Origin: the human T2T-CHM13v2.0 reference genome, Homo sapiens
Assembly (NCBI RefSeq): GCF_009914755.1
Contig: NC_060926.1
DNA length: 64,000 nt
Reading direction: 5' to 3' (one strand)
Shown: piece after piece, positions 57,396-64,000 of the stretch
Layout of the letters: the number at the start of each line of letters is the position of its first letter
How positions within the stretch are numbered: the first letter of the stretch is position 1
Made by a program: the position numbers and the translations under genes
Notes under the pieces: model-generated
What the model was told of the DNA's origin: nothing
Databases searched by the model: none
Seen by the model: the letters and a program-made list of their open reading frames with translations, nothing else

Positions 57396-58556
57396 CCCTT
57401 TGTATGACTCTTCCTCAATTCTTCACTGTCCTTATTAATGTGGACCACCAAAATTGAAATCCACTTCACAGGTGTGGTCTGCCCATTGCAACAACAAAGA
57501 GACTTCGTTCCCTGTGGTTAGGGCATTTTCTCAAATATTAGTTTGGGGCCAGTGGCAACATTCTTTTCTTGACTTATGTGAAACCTGTATTTTGACAAAT
57601 GCTGTATATAACCAATGTTCTACACTAGTATATTCTTGGACATCAAAGAGAAGGCTTTTATGATCGTTTCTAATTTGGTCTCTTGTTTTGACCTAAATAA
57701 ATGAATGTTGATTTTGTTGCCTACTAAATTAGCTTTTCCTCCAGCTGCTTCACTTACAAGTTTGAAAAATCTGCTTTAATGCTTTTAAATTTGGGAAAAA
57801 AAATACACCCAAATACCCCAGATATCAGTTAAAAACCTTAAACAGAGCTACATGGCATTCCAGCAGCAGCTTACCCAGGTTTCAACAGAACTGAATAAGA
57901 AAACTGCTTCAAAGCATCTTGTTTTTTATCTTGTATAGAAATTCGCATGATATCCTGTGTCTTGGTGTTAATACAGTGAATCTACTGCTACCTAAGAGCC
58001 TCTTAGCCATTTCATCCAATAGATGAATGAGTCAAGTTTGTCATTATCTACTGTAGTTGAGTTCAACTATATTATAAAAATTTCCATATACTTAAGAAAA
58101 TCCATTCATGTTCTTTGATTATTTAGAGTTTTGCTAGAATAGTCTCTCCTCCCCTGACTGTAATTTTCTCAAATGACATCTTTTCTCTACTCATTTTGAA
58201 AAATCAGAACATTTGCTTAATCTTCCATTTCTGAGCTCATTCTTTCTCCCCCATTTTTAAAATTGTTCAGACTATGATACTACATTTGCAGTCTCTTCAG
58301 TATCTTTTTATGTGCTTCTTCCTGACACGCTCACTGGAAATCTTAATTTTATTGTTTGAGGTCTCAAATACATTTCTATAATAAAGATTATTTTTCTGAC
58401 TCTAGAAGAATGAACTAAAATAGGATTTCAGTTGGAGTATTTTCCCTTTAGGTTGTTGACTTTCTATTTCTTTTTTGTATCATGGACATAATTTTAACAA
58501 ATATATATGTGTATATATATGTATAGACAGATAGATGATTAGACAGATACAGATAT

Positions 58557-58915
58557 AGATATGGTTTGGCTGTGTCCCCACCCAAATCTCATCTTGAATT
58601 ATACCTCCCATAATTTCCATGTGTTGTGGGGGGGACCTAGTGGGGGATAATTGAATCATAAGGGCAGTTTCCCCCATACTGTTCTCATGGTAGTGAAAAA
58701 GTCTCACAAGATCTGATGGTTATATAAGGGGAAACTCCTTTCACTTGGTCTTCATTCTCTCTTGCTTGTTGCCATGTAAGAGGTGGCTTTTGGCTTCCAC
58801 CATGATTTTGAGGCCTCTCCAGCCACGTGGAACTGTGAGTCCATCAAACCTCTTTTTCTTTATAAATCACCCAGTCTCAGGTATATCTTATCAGCAATGT
58901 GAAATGGACTACAAC
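58557..58915 (+). mobile_element. THE1B-like MaLR solo LTR within a (TA/TG)-rich simple repeat
   Basis: GATATGGTTTGGCTGTGTCCCCACCCAAATCTC...GAAATGGACTACAACA. Confidence 0.88.
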
Positions 58916-59279
58916 ATATATATATATGTGTGTGTATATATATATGTATGTGTGTACATATATATGTAATGCATATATACATATATACTCTGTTGGCACG
59001 TTCTTGAGACTTCAACTCATTATTTGATACTTTTCCTAATTCTCTCTTAATCATGCCATCTTTTAATATTCATTTGTGATTATATATTTCTTTCCATCTT
59101 AAAAATATTTTGTGAATTTGAGATTTTCAGTTATAGTGGGCAGTTTAATAGTTCTGTAGTTGCTAATCACTGATTGAATATTTAGAATTTTTTTGAATCT
59201 CTAGTTTCTCAAAAGTCATACCCAGAGGGAAGTCCCAGATTTTCTAGGACCTGAAACTTATACAATTGGAGAGAAGGGG

Positions 59280-59312
<33 letters not shown>

Positions 59313-59499
59313 AAACCACATAAAACACCTCATTTTTTAAAAAATTTTACAGGACTGTGAATGCAGCCCGTGAAAAAGAGGGTTTTCGGAAGCTTGACAT
59401 TTATGAGGGTGAGGGTGAGTACACTTCTGGCTATGTCCTTTCAGAGTCTAGCCAAAGAGCTGTAACTGAATTTTGGCTGGTCATTTTGAAAGTGGTTTC

Positions 59500-60900
59500 A
59501 AACAATCTAGCATATATTATCTGCTCAATATGGAGGTCTGAGCTGATTCAAAAGCCACTCCTAACATATAGACATGGGAAAGAAATCAGGGAAAGAATGA
59601 GGGAAAGAAACCACCCCAATGGAAAGTCAGTACATGAAACACATGAGAATATTTGAAGCCTTGTCCTTGAGACAATAGAATGATCTGAATTACAAGTGAA
59701 ATGGCTAACTGATTATAAGGGTGAATAGACTCTAAAAGACAGAAACAGCATATTATGGATTAAAAAATAGGAATAATTTTGAAAACAAATAAATATTCTA
59801 CAAATAAGACAATAAATAATATATAGGGGAATCATTCAATAGAGACCTTAAAAAAGAGACTAATAAACCATAAAAAAGAATAATTGTGCCTGAAGATAGA
59901 TCTAAACTTTTCTATAGTATAAACATAATTAAAGAGAAGGAAAGAGTGAAAAATGAGGATTAAAGTAAATGACGATATAATGCTAAGTGGCAGCCTATGT
60001 GTAGTAGGAGTTTCAGAAGAGATGAATAAATATTGGAAAAGCAAAATTTGAAGGCACAAGAACAGCAATAACAGCAGATATATTTCCTCTATTCCTGTTA
60101 TTGATGGAAAATCTTCGAAATACTCACCATTAAGTATGTTGTCTGCTGTAGGATTTTGGCAAATAACTTTAAGAATTTTTTTCTATTACTAATTTCCAAA
60201 GTTTCCTTTTTTTATTTTTAATGATTGTGAGCAGAATCTATTTGAAGATTTTTCTGTCTCTTTAAAGATGATCATATGTATTTTTCACTCTTAATGAATA
60301 ATGTAGATAACTTTTTCATTCCTAATACATAAATTATTATACAATGTTGAAGTCAATTTACAAATACAATTTAATCTATCTAAGGATTTGGTACTATGTT
60401 TATTAAGTGAAATAATCTATTTGTTTTGAACTGTCCTTGGCTAGTCTGTCATTTTAATTATATAAATCTAAAACAAGTGGGATAACTTCCGCTCCGTTTC
60501 TATTCTCTGGAAAAATTTGTGAAAGTCAAAGGTAAACTAGGGAAGTTTGCTAAAACTTGCTTGTAGTAGTATCTGTACATGGTGTCATTGAAGACTAGGA
60601 AAAAGGAAAAACTTGTACTACCTATTTAGTTTAATGCCTATTAATCAATTCAGGGTTTCTATTTTTTTCTTGAGATAATTTGATCATATACTTATTTTTA
60701 GAAAATTTTAATCACATACACATTTTATATTTTATTGACATTAAAGAGGTCTCATATTTGGTTAAAACTTCAAAATTAGTCACTACTTTCTTTATATTTT
60801 GTATCTTTAATGTCTACTATTATATATATGTATGTGTGTATACATATGTGTGTGTGCATATATAGAGAGACAGAGAGAGAAAGAGGGAGATCTGTCTTTG
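59500..60900. mobile_element. Very old L1M fragments (sense ORF1-like to about 60070, antisense ORF2-like after)
   Basis: GTAGTAGGAGTTTCAGAAG ORF1-like motif; CACCATTAAGTATGTTG..GCTGTAGG and GATGATCATATG antisense ORF2 motifs. Confidence 0.5.
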
Positions 60901-61485
60901 AGCAGTGTTGCTTGAATTTTATCGATTTCATTCATTTCTGAATATAATGAATATTTCATTTTTCCACAATATTTGACTTCAAATAGAAGGATATTATGAC
61001 CTCAAAATTAGTTTTCAACTTGTTCTAGAAAATCATCATCTGGGTCCTTTATTCGCATAACGCAGTTGGAAATATACTTGCACGATAATATCACTTGTGA
61101 ATCTCTATTTACTTCTTTTCCCAAGCCCCCCATGATGTTTGCACTCACTCCTCTGGGAAGCCCTCCCTGATAGCCCCTCAGCAAGATCCAGAAGTTCCAT
61201 CCACTATGCCGTGCCTGTTCTTATTCCATTACAATAGAAGACATGTTCAATTGTTTTGCTTTACTGAATGCAGGTCTCTTTTCTATATTGTAAGTTTCCT
61301 GGGAATAAATGCAGTAACTTTTGTTTATGACTTAGAAATCCAAACAATTATCTAGTATTGTGTAGGCACTCAGTAAATCAGTTTGGATTTTTAACATTAA
61401 TTAACTTTGTTAATTATTCTTGTGCTTCTTGTTAAGAAAATTAGTAGTTAGAATATATTTTGACAGATTAGAAAAGGTTGACTCA

Positions 61486-61819
<334 letters not shown>

Positions 61820-63214
61820 CTAAGAAGATAGCACACTTACTTATTTGATAAGTTGGGCCTAATCATTGATTTATAGTTTATCTTGTTCTAGAAATAATTT
61901 CAGTGGCTATGTCACACCTGTGTGTGTCTATCTACTTCCACAGCCTTTAGAAGAGACTCCTCAAATACTATTATAGATTTTCTTCTAGGGTGGTGATAGT
62001 GTTCCCGCTTTTACCCGTGAATTCATAAATCATACTATATTCTCCAAAGTCTAAAACCGAGCTTCATTGTTTATTGTTTAGACCTGTCATCTCTAAGAAT
62101 CCATCAAAATAAGTCTCTTGCTCACTGTCTTTCATTGTGTTCTCCTGCTTATACAGTTTGTATAACTTTGATTCATCTCCACTATATTAGTACAATTTCC
62201 CCCCTGGTAAGTTTTGATTTAACTAACAAAAAGATCTACAATTGGAAAAGTCTTGCCTTTTAGGCATTTGTTCAAAACCATGGGAATTTGCAATTCCCCC
62301 TATGGTCTTGCCACAGATTAAAGTAACAAGACTAATTTCAGTCATTTCTTTAAGATGTTTAATTTAAATCACTTGTTTCAATGAGAATACATTTTATGAT
62401 TCTGAAAAAAAATTGATTTCATCATGTGATGGCCTAAGGAGAATTTCAGTCCATATTCCTCTTGTTGATTTTGCTGCAGAATTGACAAGCCGACATCAGT
62501 CTCCAGAGTGAATCCAAGGAGTGGACCCAAGACATTTGTGTTCTGTGATGTGGTGGCATGTTACCTGTCATCTCCGATGCATAACTCCTAAAGTGCGTCT
62601 GGGGCAGTTGTACAGATTGCAGAGGATAATACTCAAGATGTTCTCCAAGGCCAACTAGTCATCAGTTTATTCATGCAAGTATTAATAATACAATTGCTTC
62701 TCCAGGTTCTAGCAATTAAAGAAGAAGAAAAAACAAGTGGCCTGAATTTGAACAAAGCAAATATGAGATTTGTGGCTATTGCTTGTAAAAGGGTTGCCTT
62801 CACAAATAGCCTTAGAGCAGAGGATTAAGAATCACAGAAAATGTACTTGATTGTGTATACTTTTGCTGTGTGACCTCATCAGTTTGTATATAGACAACCA
62901 GAGCTGAGTCCCTTTTCATATGCTGCTCTCTCCATTCAGTACAGTAGATGTTAAACATTGTGTGTAGGTATGCACATGTGTAGGCCGCCATATGTGAGCA
63001 TGTGTGCAGTTTCATGTATTCAGTGTCTGCTGAAGCAGACTTCGCTAATTACTGTATTACCCTTCTCCTTTTGTTCAAGCCAGGAAACCAGTTTCAGGAA
63101 CCAGTAAGAAAGACACAAGAAGATATGCCCTTCAGGTCCCTCCATATCTGTAATGCTTGGTTCCTTCATGCCTCTAGAAAATATTTCATGAAAACTGCTG
63201 AAAAAAACTTCTTT

Positions 63215-63635
63215 TCTATGACCAAACTTGAGACAAGCTCCTCTGAGATCCCTTTTTGAGGAGGGCCTGCTTCGAGCTCTGTCCTTGGCCTGTTTAGTCC
63301 AGTTTTAGCAAGACTCTTGCTGGATCACTTTAGTGTAAATCCCCTAGCCTCGCTATCTAATAAAATTCCTCATTCCCCACCTTCAATATCTCTTAACATT
63401 GGCCTTGCTTCAGCAAGATTCATTTTGAGTAGGTCTAGCAAGTATTCCCCTAGCTTTGATGTTTCCTGCTAGTAATTTTCCATCTACTGACCCTCACCCT
63501 CTCCAACATTTCTCCTTGGCTATACACTTCTACTTTTCCTCTTTATATGCAAAGTTAAGCCCAATCTCTCCTCACAGCTAAAAAACTCCACTGTAGTAGC
63601 CCCCCATTGAATAGTCTTCCTTACCATTTTTAATG
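63215..63635 (+). mobile_element. MER31-like ERV1 LTR
   Basis: TAGTCCAGTTTTAGCAAGA, TTCAGCAAGA..TAGCAAG, GTAATTTTCCATCTACTGACCC, CCTTGGCTATA, AAGCCCAATCTCTC. Confidence 0.6.
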
Positions 63636-63669
63636 AATGTCACAAATATATGTGTGTGTGTATATATAT

Positions 63670-64000
63670 GTTTTTTTTTTATTTTTCCATAAGTTATTGG
63701 GGTACAGGCAGTACTTGGTTACATGAGTAAGTTCTTCAGTGGTGATTTGTGAGATTTTGGTGCACCCATCACCCGAGCAGTATACACTGCACCATATTTG
63801 TAGTCTTCTATCCTTTGCCTTCCTTCCATTCTTCCCCCCAAGTCCCCAAAGTCCATTGCATCATTCTTATGCCTTTGCATCCTCATAGCTTAGCTCCCAC
63901 ATATCAATGAGAACATACGATATTTGGTTTTCCATTCCTGAGTTACTTCACTTAGAATAATAGTCTCCAATCTCATCCAGGTCATTGCAAATGCTGTTAA
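63670..64000 (-). mobile_element. L1PB1-like 3' end, runs off the window
   Basis: poly-T, then TTTCCATAAGTTATTGGGGTACAGG..GGTGCACCCATCACCCGAGCAGTATACACTG. Confidence 0.88.

Noticed and set aside
59225-59430. Poly-T run as an orphan retrocopy tail
   Set aside because: No insert body or TSD; more likely an expanded T-run within an old hAT-type MITE remnant.
62460-62640. Acceptor-like TTTTGCTGCAG followed by a short Cys-containing frame
   Set aside because: No recognisable protein or matching donor; cannot be supported as an exon.

Overview
Primate (human-like), AT-rich, repeat-dense DNA, either intergenic or deep intronic. I found no host protein-coding exon or RNA gene. The long ORFs in the track come from L1 ORF2, HERV-H gag/pro/pol/env remnants or Alu/AT-rich noise. 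Contents: about 11 Alus, several L1s (two with twin-priming 5' inversions, one near-full-length L1MA, one 93-bp young L1 tail inside an Alu), MaLR/ERVL solo LTRs, hAT and Tigger MITEs, and a truncated HERV-E-type element (LTR2 + PBS-Glu + duplicated splice donor). The main feature is a nested HERV-H locus at 43466-51747. A second HERV-H sits antisense inside the host pol gene, flanked by a perfect 5-bp TSD (CTGTT), but it has only one LTR. Its other end stops at a CA inside the polypurine tract, which looks like integrase-mediated insertion of a one-LTR molecule. The nesting creates convergent LTR promoters and kb-scale inverted repeats. Subfamily names come from recalled consensus motifs and were not checked by database search.
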